From contig JAFZPZ010000004.1 in NCBI GenBank assembly GCA_017552435.1, positions 4,600 to 68,599 of the forward strand: DNA of 64,000 bases, in the 5' to 3' direction. Below, one piece after another: positions 1 through 10,532 of this stretch (within the stretch, counting starts at the first letter, position 1; every line of letters starts with the position of its first letter). The position numbers and the translations under genes are program-made. This stretch comes from Bacteroidaceae bacterium (GTDB taxonomy: Bacteria; Bacteroidota; Bacteroidia; Bacteroidales; Bacteroidaceae). The notes beneath the pieces are model-generated. The model searched no databases, was not told the DNA's origin, and saw only the letters and a list, made by a program, of their open reading frames with translations.

Positions 1-1
1 A

Positions 2-1471
2 AACATCAAATCCGACCTCATACAACTGGAACCGGATAACATTATCGAACTGGTAATTCTCCATAGGCTATTCCAGGAGGCAACAGCAGCAGGCAAACCA
101 TGCGTGGTGAACTGGAGCTTCGGCGAGTTGGCAAACTTCATGGACGACCGCAGCCTCTATGAGACCGTGTTCAACAAAATGGTGGGACCGGGGCGCATCG
201 TTGTTAATTCGGCTGGCAATGACGGGAAATTGTGTTTATACCTGAAGAAAGAAGCAAACGAACCCCTGGATCACCCGGCATATTTATATTATGACAGGGT
301 GTTCAGACTGGGTGTCAGGACCGCCGATCCTGCAGAGCCTTTCGTGATAGGTGTGACATTCGACGGCTCGGAAGACACGCTCTACGTGGACACCCGCAAC
401 GTGACGGAGGAATATACCGAGGAAAAACCATACACTGGAATGATAGAGTTCGTCGATCCGGAGATAACGGACGAAGAAATGTACGACACGATACAAATAT
501 GGCGCCAGGACTTTGCCTATGGAAGGACAGGCTTCATCATAAATATCAAACGCTACTATTATCAATGGGAAAATGTGGCGCATCTGATCGTGAAAGATCC
601 CGTAGAGTTGGATTTCATGGGAACGCCAGATGCAGAATTTATTTGGTTCGAGCCAATGGGTAAGAGTCCAAACCGAGGCTGCAATCTGGGCACAATAGGA
701 TTTCCCGAAGGATTGGAACGCATCATCTGCGTTGGAGCCATGCACCACCGCGACAGGTTCAAAAATATAGCGGGGAAGTACACAACATTTAATAATTATG
801 ACAGCCAGGAGGGTCAATTGGCCGCATTCAGTTCCTGCGGCCCTATTATTAATGGTCGCGTGAAGCCCGACGTGGTGGCTCCCGGACACAATATCATCTC
901 CGCGTTCAACAGCTTTACCACAGAAGAAAATGCAAAGAATGGTGGCCTGAAGGATATACCGGAAATAACCGCTTACAAAGCCAACGTATTCGACAAGGAA
1001 TACAGAATGTTAAGCATGAGCGGCACATCGATGTCCAGCCCCATCGCCGCCGGAGTCATCGCCCTCTGGCTGCAGGCCAAGCCCGACCTCACGCCCGAGG
1101 ACATTCTGGGCGTCATCGAGCGCACCAGCCACCAGCCGGAACCCGAATTCAGCGGCACCGACAAGAACAACTATTACGGTTGGGGCGAGATTGACGCCTA
1201 CGCAGGCCTGCTGGACATCCTGGGCATCGGCACAAGCATCCCGGAGCTCAGCAAGCACCAGCCCGCAGGCGTGAAGTTCCGTATGGAAGGGCGCACGCTC
1301 TACATCGACGGAGCAGCTGAAGGCACAGGCATCCGCATCTACACCACAGACGGCAAACTCATCACCGCTGGAAACATCGCCGGCGGCTGCGTCGTCATTC
1401 CGGAAAGTGCAGGGAAAGGTGTCTATGCCGTGCAGGTCGGTAAAGCTGGCTCCACGCTCATCCGACTCTAA
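2..1471 (+). CDS. Subtilisin-family (S8) serine peptidase, 5'-truncated by the window edge, with T9SS C-terminal sorting domain
   Basis: The frame is open from nt 2, with no stop upstream of the GTG at 104. The NSAGNDG oxyanion-region motif and the catalytic Ser motif SMSGTSMSSPIAAG are present. The Asp and His boxes are absent, so the N-terminus lies outside the window. The C-terminal ~80 aa (...GVYAVQVGKAGSTLIRL) resemble a Por/T9SS CTD. Confidence 0.8.
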   Translation, partial: NIKSDLIQLEPDNIIELVILHRLFQEATAAGKPCVVNWSFGELANFMDDRSLYETVFNKMVGPGRIVVNSAGNDGKLCLYLKKEANEPLDHPAYLYYDRVFRLGVRTADPAEPFVIGVTFDGSEDTLYVDTRNVTEEYTEEKPYTGMIEFVDPEITDEEMYDTIQIWRQDFAYGRTGFIINIKRYYYQWENVAHLIVKDPVELDFMGTPDAEFIWFEPMGKSPNRGCNLGTIGFPEGLERIICVGAMHHRDRFKNIAGKYTTFNNYDSQEGQLAAFSSCGPIINGRVKPDVVAPGHNIISAFNSFTTEENAKNGGLKDIPEITAYKANVFDKEYRMLSMSGTSMSSPIAAGVIALWLQAKPDLTPEDILGVIERTSHQPEPEFSGTDKNNYYGWGEIDAYAGLLDILGIGTSIPELSKHQPAGVKFRMEGRTLYIDGAAEGTGIRIYTTDGKLITAGNIAGGCVVIPESAGKGVYAVQVGKAGSTLIRL

Positions 1472-1482
1472 AATCCAGCCTT

Positions 1483-2934
1483 CTATTTCGACCCGCCAAG
1501 CACAACGGTGACGATGCTCTTGCTTGGCAGGGTGAAGCGAGCCACAGCGGCGGTGCCGGCAGAAAGTGACATCTGCAGGCTGGTGCTGCCCTGGTTGAAG
1601 ACGACTGCGCCGTAGCTGCCGTCGGGGTTCTGGAATGCCACGTAGCTGACGTCCGTGGGGACGTTTTTCTGGCTGGTGGCGATGCGGTGGGCTCCAGGCT
1701 GAGCAGCGAGGCTGGCGTGTGCCATCACAAAGTAGTGGGAGTTGTAGGAGAGCGTGTGGTAGTCGTTCTGGTCGATGTCCACAGCTCCGAAGCATGTCTG
1801 GCAACCGCCGTCCAGGTTGGGCCCGCGGTTCAGGTCGAGCATGAAGTTCCACACCATCACGGCCTTGCTCTTCCGCGTCACGGTATTATAGACCAGGTTG
1901 TTCATGTCGGTAAGCAGGCGCTTGGAGAGGTCGCGGCCGTTGTTCCAAGTGCCGATGCTGGTCTCGGTGAAGATGACCTCCTTGTCGGGCGCCTTCTGGT
2001 TGATGTCATCCAGTTCGGTGACGTTGCCTCCGTAGTCATGCCAGGCAGAGCCGACCACCAGCTCGCGGCCGTCCATGTCGGGGTCGAGCGCGCCAAAGAA
2101 GTTGATGGGATAGTCCTGCTGGTCGGCGATATTGTCGTAGTTATAGTTGTGGTCGAAGCAGTAGATCTTCGTCGTGATGCCGGCATGGGCAAAGGCAGGA
2201 GCGAGCTTGTTGACAAAAGCAGCCTCCTCGGCCCACGGCATGTAGAGGCTGGCGCAGTTGCCGCGGTTCAGGGGCTCGTTCTGGGGCGTGACGGCATAGA
2301 TGGAAATGCCCTCGGCAGCAAAGGCCTGCACAAAGCGGACGAAGTAGTCGGCGTAGGTCTGGTAATAGTCGGGGTTCAGGGTACCGCTGGTCCAGGAATC
2401 GTAGCCCACGGGGTTCGACAGGCTCTTTATCTTCATCCACTTGGGACAAGTCCAGGGCGCCGCCATAATCTTCAGGTCGGGATTGATGGCGAGAATCTCC
2501 TTCAGGATGGGGATGACGTACTGCGTCTCGTCGTTATGAAGGCGGAAGTTCTCGAGTCCCGGCATGTCGCAGAGCGAGTACTCGGTGCTGGAGAAGTCGG
2601 AGCAGCCGATGCTGATGCGGGCATAGCTGATGCCATAGCCCTCGGTGCGGGAATAGGTGCGCGTCAGGAAGGCGCGACGGTCGGCAGGCGCCATCTGCAT
2701 CAGGTTGTAGGCAGCGCTGTAGGTAATGGCGTAGCCGAAGCCGTCCATCTCCTGATAGGCCGTGGCGGGGTTGAGCGTGATGTGGCGCGAGGACTTGGTG
2801 CGCAAACTCTGGATGGTGGTGTACTCCATCTGCTTCTTGCCGTCGGCCGTCGTGGTGTAGATGCGTACCTGCTCGGCGAAGAATGGAATAGAGAATAGAA
2901 AATAGAGAATAGAGAGGAGAAGGCGGTGTGACAT
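1483..2934 (-). CDS. Glycoside hydrolase family 30 (glucosylceramidase / beta-1,6-glucanase-like), secreted
   Basis: 483 aa with an N-terminal signal peptide. GH30-like blocks are present: MDGFGYAITYSAAYNL, PWTCPKWMK, the acid/base region TPQNEPLN, and FTETS. Its start lies 2 nt from the stop of the upstream gene. Confidence 0.8.
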   Translation of the reverse strand: MSHRLLLSILYFLFSIPFFAEQVRIYTTTADGKKQMEYTTIQSLRTKSSRHITLNPATAYQEMDGFGYAITYSAAYNLMQMAPADRRAFLTRTYSRTEGYGISYARISIGCSDFSSTEYSLCDMPGLENFRLHNDETQYVIPILKEILAINPDLKIMAAPWTCPKWMKIKSLSNPVGYDSWTSGTLNPDYYQTYADYFVRFVQAFAAEGISIYAVTPQNEPLNRGNCASLYMPWAEEAAFVNKLAPAFAHAGITTKIYCFDHNYNYDNIADQQDYPINFFGALDPDMDGRELVVGSAWHDYGGNVTELDDINQKAPDKEVIFTETSIGTWNNGRDLSKRLLTDMNNLVYNTVTRKSKAVMVWNFMLDLNRGPNLDGGCQTCFGAVDIDQNDYHTLSYNSHYFVMAHASLAAQPGAHRIATSQKNVPTDVSYVAFQNPDGSYGAVVFNQGSTSLQMSLSAGTAAVARFTLPSKSIVTVVLGGSK

Positions 2935-2936
2935 AG

Positions 2937-4556
2937 TTATTCTGGTTTCTTTGGACTTGCACCTGTAGTGCCATCGACCTTTGGCGAGGCGCCGGTCCTG
3001 CCGTCAAGGTTCACGATGGCTGTGGGATTGGGCTTGTAGGTGGCGTTCTCGCCCTCGGTCTCGTAGATGCACTCACGGAGGTCCTGCATGGAGATGTGGA
3101 CGGCGTCGCGGCTCAACTCGGGCACGTTGTAGCTCTTCAGGAGAAGGATGTCCCATTCGGGGTCTTCCTGCGGCAGGACGAAGGGCTTGTGCGCCCTACC
3201 CTCTTTGTCGAAATAGGCGATGAAGGGGCGCGTGTAGTTCCCGTCTATGCGGCGGCTGCTGAAGACGAACCAGCGGCTGTTGCTGCTCCAGGAATGGAAG
3301 CTGTCCACATCGGGGGAATTGGCCTCGGTCAGGGCATAGCAGCTGTCCGTCTGGAGGTCCTTGACCCAAAGGTCGCTGCTCTTGTGCCAGATGTGGAACT
3401 GGCCGTAGTCGCCCTTCGTGAAAAGGATATAGCGGCCGTCGGGCGAGACGCGGGGCACGGAGATGCTCTTTCCCTCGGCCTCGGCATTGAGCACCAGACG
3501 GGGTTTGCCGAAGCTGCGCGTCTTGGGCTCGAAGGAAATGGACATCAGGTTGTAGCAGATGCTGTCGAAGTTGGCCAGGATATATTGGTTGACGACGCTG
3601 TCGGGCGCCTCGGGGGCGATGAAGCGGCTGGGATTGGCCGAGCAGTAGTACAGGGTGCGGCCATCTGGCGCCCAGCAAGGGAAGGTCTCCATATCCGCGG
3701 TGGTACGGATGATGTGGCTCACCTCGTTGTTCGTGACATCATAGAGGAGCAGGTCGCTCTTCTCGTCCATCACCTCAATCTTCTCGGGATAGTAAAGATG
3801 GAAAGCCTGGCCGGTCTTGTTGGTAGAGAAAGCCACAAGGTTCTCTGTGGGATGCCAGGAGGGATAGACGCCGCTGGTGATGATGGTGCTGTCCTTCAGC
3901 TGTATCTTGTGCGCCTTGCCGTCCTGCACGATGATGGTGCCGCCGTGATTGGAGCGGACGTGGAACAGCATGCTCTCCGTGCTGCCCATGCGGTAGTTGT
4001 GGCAGTTGACGCAATGGTTCTCGCCGTCGCAATACTCGCGGTTGTTCTCATAGACGGGAACCTCCTCGAAGGTCGTGAGGTTGCGCTGGTATATGCCGAG
4101 CTGACGATACAGCTCGTACCCGGGCTCGATGAGACGATAGCTGAGGAAGGCATCGATGGGCTCCTGGGCCACGCTGATCTTATGCGGTTTGAAGTGCACC
4201 CAGCCGTCAGGACGCTTGGCATAGACATCGACAGAGACATCGGCTCCCTTGTTCGCATCGAGAAGAGCCCGCCATTCTGTAGTGTCCATCTTCACGACGC
4301 CATTCTCTCCGGCTGCAGCGAGGACATCCTTCCCGTTCCCGCCAAGACGAGCCACATAGGCCGTAGCCAGCGAATCGCGCACGATGAAATTGAGCGGCGC
4401 AATATTGGGAGGCACTACGACATCAATGTAGTCGGGATAGATGCTTGCCACCTCGTCAATCTCCGCGTACTGGGCTGGCACCTCGGCCTTCGGCTTGCAA
4501 CCAACAATGACAATAATCAACAAACAATATACATTATATAATATGTGTCGCTTCAT
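2937..4556 (-). CDS. PD40/TolB-like beta-propeller lipoprotein carrying a CxxCH motif
   Basis: 539 aa. Lipoprotein-type signal (LLIIVIVGC). PD40-like repeats (APDGRTLYY, SPDGRYILFTKGDYG). One CVNCH (CxxCH) motif. The C-terminal tail has a duplicated G(R/T)TGASPK. Confidence 0.55.
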   Translation of the reverse strand: MKRHILYNVYCLLIIVIVGCKPKAEVPAQYAEIDEVASIYPDYIDVVVPPNIAPLNFIVRDSLATAYVARLGGNGKDVLAAAGENGVVKMDTTEWRALLDANKGADVSVDVYAKRPDGWVHFKPHKISVAQEPIDAFLSYRLIEPGYELYRQLGIYQRNLTTFEEVPVYENNREYCDGENHCVNCHNYRMGSTESMLFHVRSNHGGTIIVQDGKAHKIQLKDSTIITSGVYPSWHPTENLVAFSTNKTGQAFHLYYPEKIEVMDEKSDLLLYDVTNNEVSHIIRTTADMETFPCWAPDGRTLYYCSANPSRFIAPEAPDSVVNQYILANFDSICYNLMSISFEPKTRSFGKPRLVLNAEAEGKSISVPRVSPDGRYILFTKGDYGQFHIWHKSSDLWVKDLQTDSCYALTEANSPDVDSFHSWSSNSRWFVFSSRRIDGNYTRPFIAYFDKEGRAHKPFVLPQEDPEWDILLLKSYNVPELSRDAVHISMQDLRECIYETEGENATYKPNPTAIVNLDGRTGASPKVDGTTGASPKKPE

Positions 4557-4588
4557 AAACTGTGAATTATCAATTGTAAATTATCAAT

Positions 4589-6178
4589 TCAGTTCACTCC
4601 CGAGCTGCTGGACGACAGGCTGGTGTATCCCTTCTTGGTCGCCTTGAGGTTGCCAAAGAAATAGTAGTAGGGATAATAACCTTTATATTGTGGGAAGAGC
4701 TCGTAGGCATATTTCGCCCTGTCATGCATATAGGGCCGCATCTTCATGAGGAAGCTCTGGAGCTGTGGCTGACGGTAGTTCAGGCCGGTGAAGTTCTTCG
4801 AGATTCCGGGATTCTTATTCTCGGCCAGCATGATACCGTCCATAATGATGCTGGGCGGTGTTGTTCCCACAATCGGCTCGAGGCGCTCGACGAACTGCGG
4901 CATGAGCTTGGTGTAGAGACAAACACATAGGCTGTTGATGAGGGCATTACTGCTACGCCCCTCGATGAGCGTCAGGTTATAACCCATAAAGAGCGGCTGC
5001 TGGTACATGTTCTCGAAGCTGTCGTGGAGAGGTTCCGTCAGACGTATCAACGCCATCTCGGGGTCGGCATTGACCAGATTCAGGTGGCGCACCATCGCAC
5101 CATATTTCTCGCAGAATGCCCCCTCGAAGGGAACGCGGCGCAAGACGGCCAGATACTTGTCGGCCAACTCCCACTCTTCGCGCATCAGGGCGCACTTAAT
5201 CATGAGCTTCAGCAAACGGACAGTCGGTCCCGTCATCACCATCTGCTCCATAGAGGCATGCTGACAACTCTCGATGAAGCCACCATAATAGTTCCCTTCC
5301 GCCACATAAAGACAGCTCGCATTGTTGTGCGCCCCGTCGAATCCATGAACATAAAGTGAGTCGTAGTCCAGGCGGATGTCGTAGAGACGCTCGGCAATCT
5401 GTCCCGTCTGCACCAAAGAAATGGCATAGGAGCAAGCCATCGGGCGGTAACTCATCTTGGCATTGGCGCGGGCAAGTTTCTGGATGCCGGCCCAGTCCTG
5501 GTTGTACTGCATCTCCAACAGGCCGCAAATCACTCGCACATAAGGGCGCTGCCACTTATCAAAGCCGATGATGGCTGCCATACACAAAACAATGACGGCA
5601 ATTTGCAGACCGTTCTGTCGAGGCGTTTCATCGTTGGGGATGAAGATTACCGGCTTACGGCTGAAGCTGCGTATGATAATTGCCCAAATGCAAAGCACCA
5701 CCAGCGCCGCGAAAGGAATGCCGAAGATCAGACCCGTGCGAGCCTCGAAGAAGACATCCAGGCCAAGGAAGGTAACGACTGCAATGTAGGTCAATGCCGG
5801 CACGTATTGGATGGCGCGCCAAGAGGCTCGGAGCCTCATGCAATAACCCGTAAGCCAACTGCCGGCGGAAAGAATCAGCGCCAGAAGCAATCCTCCAATC
5901 CAAGGATACTTGTAGAGCTGCAGCATAGCACGGCCCAAATAGCGGAGAACGCCATAGGGCTGACTCAGGATGAACTGCATAATGCGGGTGTCGGCGACCC
6001 AGAAACTATGCTCCCGGCTAATATGGAACACACTGCCATAATACCAGGCTGCCCATATCCAAGTCACAACAAAGAAGATGGGCAAGACAGGCAGCAGCCG
6101 TATTTTGCGCTTGACAGGAGCAGCCGCCTGCTTTTGTTGAGCCGCCTTTCGCGGCTGTGGGGATGTTTTCTTTTGCAT
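4589..6178 (-). CDS. Large polytopic membrane protein of unknown function (resembles DUF6057 family)
   Basis: 529 aa. Basic N-terminus, about 7 hydrophobic helices in the first 200 aa, then a soluble C-terminal half. The family name is from memory and was not searched. Confidence 0.5.
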   Translation of the reverse strand: MQKKTSPQPRKAAQQKQAAAPVKRKIRLLPVLPIFFVVTWIWAAWYYGSVFHISREHSFWVADTRIMQFILSQPYGVLRYLGRAMLQLYKYPWIGGLLLALILSAGSWLTGYCMRLRASWRAIQYVPALTYIAVVTFLGLDVFFEARTGLIFGIPFAALVVLCIWAIIIRSFSRKPVIFIPNDETPRQNGLQIAVIVLCMAAIIGFDKWQRPYVRVICGLLEMQYNQDWAGIQKLARANAKMSYRPMACSYAISLVQTGQIAERLYDIRLDYDSLYVHGFDGAHNNASCLYVAEGNYYGGFIESCQHASMEQMVMTGPTVRLLKLMIKCALMREEWELADKYLAVLRRVPFEGAFCEKYGAMVRHLNLVNADPEMALIRLTEPLHDSFENMYQQPLFMGYNLTLIEGRSSNALINSLCVCLYTKLMPQFVERLEPIVGTTPPSIIMDGIMLAENKNPGISKNFTGLNYRQPQLQSFLMKMRPYMHDRAKYAYELFPQYKGYYPYYYFFGNLKATKKGYTSLSSSSSGVN

Positions 6179-6227
6179 TATTTTTTTATCGTTATAGTAG
6201 CTATAGAGATTATAGAAACTATAGAGT

Positions 6228-9200
6228 TTACTTTACTAATACTTTTCTGCCGTCGATGATGTAGAGACCCTTTGTAGGCTTGCCAACTCGCTGACCGGCC
6301 AAATTATAAATTGACTGTCGTCCATTGTCTGCTGTCTGTTGTCTGTTGTCAATTCTCTCAATGCCATTCGAGTCGTCCCAGACGTAGGTGAAGGGAGAGA
6401 TGTTCTCGGCATATATGAGCGATCCTGCGCCATTCGGGTTATAGATATAGCCGCTCTCTGTCTCAGCGAAGGTGCCGGCATGGATGGTTCTGCCGCTTTC
6501 TGTGATGCTGACATCGCCCTGGAAAAGAACTGGCAAACCCGCAGGAACAAGTCCGTCTGGAAGCTGGTCAGCAGGACCATCCACATCCACAAAGCCAAGT
6601 CCTGCTTGTGTGTCGAAAGGCAGGCAGAGTGCCTGATAGCCCTCGCCGCTCTTGGTGAAGGAGAGTGCATCAGCCGTAAATTCTGTCGGAATATAGAATG
6701 GCTTGTCGCCATCTATAACGATGGACTGTGCATGACCTTTTGCATCCACTACGTTTGTGTTGGCCAGAAGTTCTGCTGTTGGTTGCTTCTCGTCGGCTTG
6801 GTCGGGTTTGACATAAGCAATGGAGTTTGCAGGAAGCGGATTCATCTCGCTCTTGCCGGCTGTTCCCGTACCATAATAATATAATGTATGGGGCGTCTGG
6901 TCACCCGCGTAGTAAGCCGTCATCTCGCCGCGATACATAGCAGGACCGTATGGAACGAGCACCTCGTAACCGTTGCCTTCGCAAGCAACAATCTTGAAGC
7001 CGTCTTTTATCTTCGAGGCAACATTAGAAGGGATGGTGAACTTCTTTTTGTTGGAGAGATAGACGAGGTTACCCTCTTTGTCATAAACCTTAAAGCCAAT
7101 TGCACCTGTACCATTAATCGAATAGGTCGTTACGCCGGAGCTGGTAGTCGTGGTGTAATAGTAACCGTTGGTCTGGTACTCATCCACGAAGTCGCTCCAT
7201 TGCCCAACATCTGCATAGCCGATAGGAACCTCCCCGTCATCGTATGCCACACGGTTCGCGCCCTTGGGCTTACCTTCGAAGGGACCGTCGGAGATAGCTG
7301 GTGAGGGCTTGATGCGGTCGTCGATGAAGCAGATGCTGGGAGCCTTCGGATAGCGATGCATATAAGTCTTGGCATCCTCGATGTCCTGCTCGGTAGTCGT
7401 TACCCAGTAGTTGCTGTAATCGCCCACAAAGAACTTGTTGTATGGAACGAACATACCATTCACTTCGAAAAGTTCGCTGAGGTCAAGTTGTGCTGCATCG
7501 CACATCTTCTTGGCCATGTGCAGATAGTCGTCCTTTCCATAAGTAATAACACCACCTACGACGTTGCCGTCACCGTCGGTAAGTTTTGAATCGGATGGGC
7601 CTGTTCGTTTCCGAATGGGATCTTTGCGAAGCATCTTGAAGAGCGTAGGATAGAAGTCGGGCTTGTGTCCCTGAGCATGGAAGTAGAGATAGAGCTGGTA
7701 ATACATACGCGTCTGTTCCCAAATGCCCATACCGAACCATCCTGTACCCTTTGCAAAGTGATCAAGCGTTGTGGTTACCTTCGAGCCACGAGTTGTAGAA
7801 ACACCATGCAGGAATACGTTGACGTTTGAGAAGAGGTTGTTGCTCACCTCGGTAGCGCCGACGATGTTGATGCAAGACTGATGGTTATGCCCCATTTCAT
7901 GTGAGGGTCCCCAGATGGCTCCGCCGCTGGAGGTGAGCGTGTTGTAGTTCATTACAGTTGAAATGGTACCATCGCTATAGTATGTTCCGTAAGTCGTGGC
8001 GTACATATAGCCGTGATTGACAGAGAAGGCATTCCAAATGTTGCGGAACCTTCCCTTCAGGTCTTCCTTGAAGCCCATCAGGTCTTCCTCACACTCGATG
8101 AAATTATTCCAGATGCGCATCAAGCCTTCTGCCTCGCCCTTCTTTCCAATTGCACTCTTCACCAGATTGGTAAGCATGGCGAAGACAACGCGGTCGCATT
8201 TAAGGTTTATGACTTTACTCTTGTTGAGCATCTTCTCGTAGAGTAGCGTCCAGTCCTGATTGGTCATGCCTCGCGTATAGTCGAAATAGCCCTGAAGCTC
8301 ACCGCCCTCGATGTGTATCTTGGCAGCAGGATAGTTGGCTAGGTATTTGTCCGGATTGTTCAACTGATAGAAGATATAGAGCGTGCTAGCTGTGCTCAGA
8401 AGTACCGTATTGAGGCCTGCACGCAGAGTGGTGGTCATGCCTGTCTGGTGGTCGCCCGGGCTATCGCTATCGATCACAATCTCTGCCTGCAATGTGCAGT
8501 CGGAACCGGGATTCTCATCCACATAAATATAAATGATGTCGCCCGACTTGCCGACAATGCCAGTAGGACCGGAGAGCTTACCGAAAGCATTGCTCATACC
8601 TGTGTACTGGTTACCTGTCATTGTCTGGAAGTGGCTATAGACATTGAAGTCATCGCGGACACGGAAGAACTTCTCGAAGCCTTCGCGGGTGTATCCGCTG
8701 GAGGATGTGAAACTCTGCCAGGTGTTGTTCTTGACCTTGAGCACCATTGCCTTCATGTCTTTGTTGAGGGTCGCATAGTCGGCATTCTCGGCAAGGGCTT
8801 CGTCTGTCAAAGCCTGAATTTCGTCCTTCAGAACGGTGCAGGCCTTGTCCTGGAAGAGATTGGAAAGAGCCGCCTTGTAGAAACTGATATTCTTCACCAG
8901 GTCGTTATAGGCAATCAGCTGGGCGCGTCCTGCCTCGATGAAGGCTTCGTCCAAATCTGCTTCCTCGAAGCCCCAGACGCTGTTATTGTTGTTATTGCTC
9001 CAGCCTACTACCACATTGCTTGCATCGCAATGGAGACCGGTTGTGCCGCTGTCGAGGATGTAGTACGTCACATTCATTGCATCGTCGGTCCTTTGGACAG
9101 TAAAGCTGGCACCAGTCTTGGAAGTGGTAGTGCTATATTGTCTGCTTAGGGTGCCGTTCTGCTGGGCGATGTATCGTTGTGTGCAGACGTTCTGGAGATT

Positions 9201-10391
9201 GTAACGGCCATTGCTTGCCTGAACGAGTGTCCAGTACTGCGAGAGCTTTTCGGCATCCTTACCCTCGCAGGTAAGGACATTGGCCCCGATGTTCTCGTTG
9301 ATATAATTCGAATAGCCCATGTTCTTGATACGGTAATACTTCCCGATTTCAGGTTCCGATAAGCCGCCTTGCGCACGTATGTTGTCCTCCACTTCCTGCA
9401 TTGTGTAGTTCTCCACAAGAGCAATACTCCAGTCACATCCCGAATCACCCTGATAGCTCCACTTGTAGAGTGTTTTACCGTCGTTGCCAAGGTTCAGACA
9501 GGATAGACCCGAGAAGTCCGCTTTCTCCGAGAGATTGATGTATGCGTCATTCGCGCTGTTGTTGGGGCTAAGCTGGATGTATATGGTATTCGCGGCGGTG
9601 GAAGGCGAGCGAAAGTTGTCGTCGTCGTTCAAGTAACGCCCTGTGTTGGCATTGCGTAGGGTGTATCCGCTGCCCGACTTGGCAAGAAGCCAAACTTGGG
9701 CAAGCGTTTTGTCACTCTTGGCAGCACCTACGGTATTAGTACCGTTATCCGAGAGTCGGACGCTAGTATTGCGGCGGCTGGTGAGACGCACGATATTCTT
9801 GCTGCTCAGGATATAATTGACCAAGGCTTTTCCCGTAAGGTTACCTACATCAGAGAAACTGACCTCACAGAACGCCCAGTCGCGATCGCTTCCTTCACCA
9901 CCAGAAGCCGATGAGCCGACAAGGGTACCGTTATTGTTCTGCATATAATAACGGCCAACACTGCGCAACGACCAATGGCCTTCAGAGCCAAGTTTCGTAA
10001 TAGTGTAATAGTACCTACTCTGAACTGTGGCACTGGTTCCGTTGTTCGCACTCGTGTTCATATTGCAATAATAATTGCCCAGGCCAGATTTCAGATAGTA
10101 CTTTCCTCCTTCTCCTGCCTCTTCAAGTTGGACAAGATAGCCAGCATTGGTTCCTGCCTCCATGTTGTTGGGAGAGACTGCAGAAACACCGAGTGTATTA
10201 CCCGCACCCTCAACAATATAAGAGGATGTTTTGGCATTGAAAAGGACATACCACCGGCCCGTCTCGAGCGTAGTAGCATTATTACCCAGCGTAATGATTT
10301 TCCCTGCAAGCTCTTCTGCCTGTGCCCATGCGGGGACAAAACCGAGCACAGCAAAAAAGAATGCCAGAAAAAGTTTTATGGAATTCTTCAT
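6228..10391 (-). CDS. M60-like (enhancin-type) zinc metallopeptidase with N-terminal lectin-like repeats and T9SS CTD
   Basis: 1387 aa with a signal peptide. The HEMGH zinc motif is encoded at 7887-7901. The N-terminal part has repeated beta-trefoil-like modules (YTLRNANTGRYLN, YYRIKNMGYSNYI, RYNLQNVCTQRYI). The C-terminus, IYNLAGQRVGKPTKGLYIIDGRKVLVK, is typical of Prevotella T9SS sorting domains. Confidence 0.8.
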   Translation of the reverse strand: MKNSIKLFLAFFFAVLGFVPAWAQAEELAGKIITLGNNATTLETGRWYVLFNAKTSSYIVEGAGNTLGVSAVSPNNMEAGTNAGYLVQLEEAGEGGKYYLKSGLGNYYCNMNTSANNGTSATVQSRYYYTITKLGSEGHWSLRSVGRYYMQNNNGTLVGSSASGGEGSDRDWAFCEVSFSDVGNLTGKALVNYILSSKNIVRLTSRRNTSVRLSDNGTNTVGAAKSDKTLAQVWLLAKSGSGYTLRNANTGRYLNDDDNFRSPSTAANTIYIQLSPNNSANDAYINLSEKADFSGLSCLNLGNDGKTLYKWSYQGDSGCDWSIALVENYTMQEVEDNIRAQGGLSEPEIGKYYRIKNMGYSNYINENIGANVLTCEGKDAEKLSQYWTLVQASNGRYNLQNVCTQRYIAQQNGTLSRQYSTTTSKTGASFTVQRTDDAMNVTYYILDSGTTGLHCDASNVVVGWSNNNNNSVWGFEEADLDEAFIEAGRAQLIAYNDLVKNISFYKAALSNLFQDKACTVLKDEIQALTDEALAENADYATLNKDMKAMVLKVKNNTWQSFTSSSGYTREGFEKFFRVRDDFNVYSHFQTMTGNQYTGMSNAFGKLSGPTGIVGKSGDIIYIYVDENPGSDCTLQAEIVIDSDSPGDHQTGMTTTLRAGLNTVLLSTASTLYIFYQLNNPDKYLANYPAAKIHIEGGELQGYFDYTRGMTNQDWTLLYEKMLNKSKVINLKCDRVVFAMLTNLVKSAIGKKGEAEGLMRIWNNFIECEEDLMGFKEDLKGRFRNIWNAFSVNHGYMYATTYGTYYSDGTISTVMNYNTLTSSGGAIWGPSHEMGHNHQSCINIVGATEVSNNLFSNVNVFLHGVSTTRGSKVTTTLDHFAKGTGWFGMGIWEQTRMYYQLYLYFHAQGHKPDFYPTLFKMLRKDPIRKRTGPSDSKLTDGDGNVVGGVITYGKDDYLHMAKKMCDAAQLDLSELFEVNGMFVPYNKFFVGDYSNYWVTTTEQDIEDAKTYMHRYPKAPSICFIDDRIKPSPAISDGPFEGKPKGANRVAYDDGEVPIGYADVGQWSDFVDEYQTNGYYYTTTTSSGVTTYSINGTGAIGFKVYDKEGNLVYLSNKKKFTIPSNVASKIKDGFKIVACEGNGYEVLVPYGPAMYRGEMTAYYAGDQTPHTLYYYGTGTAGKSEMNPLPANSIAYVKPDQADEKQPTAELLANTNVVDAKGHAQSIVIDGDKPFYIPTEFTADALSFTKSGEGYQALCLPFDTQAGLGFVDVDGPADQLPDGLVPAGLPVLFQGDVSITESGRTIHAGTFAETESGYIYNPNGAGSLIYAENISPFTYVWDDSNGIERIDNRQQTADNGRQSIYNLAGQRVGKPTKGLYIIDGRKVLVK

Positions 10392-10532
10392 GACATATTA
10401 GGTTTTGGTTAAGTTCTGGGGACAAAGATAAGAAAAAAAGTTCATAATTTATAATTCACAGTTCATAATTATTCCTTTTTACGAGAAAAAGGACAAAAAT
10501 CCCCTTTCTCCAATCCCTAATCCCCACTCGGA

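Noticed and set aside
1687-2898. 403-aa plus-strand ORF antisense to the GH30 gene. Similar long antisense ORFs occur at 1010-1852 and 3096-4541.
   Set aside because: These are shadow ORFs on the opposite strand of well-supported genes in GC-rich DNA. The translated sequences are low-complexity (rich in V, G, A, R and H) with no recognisable motifs.
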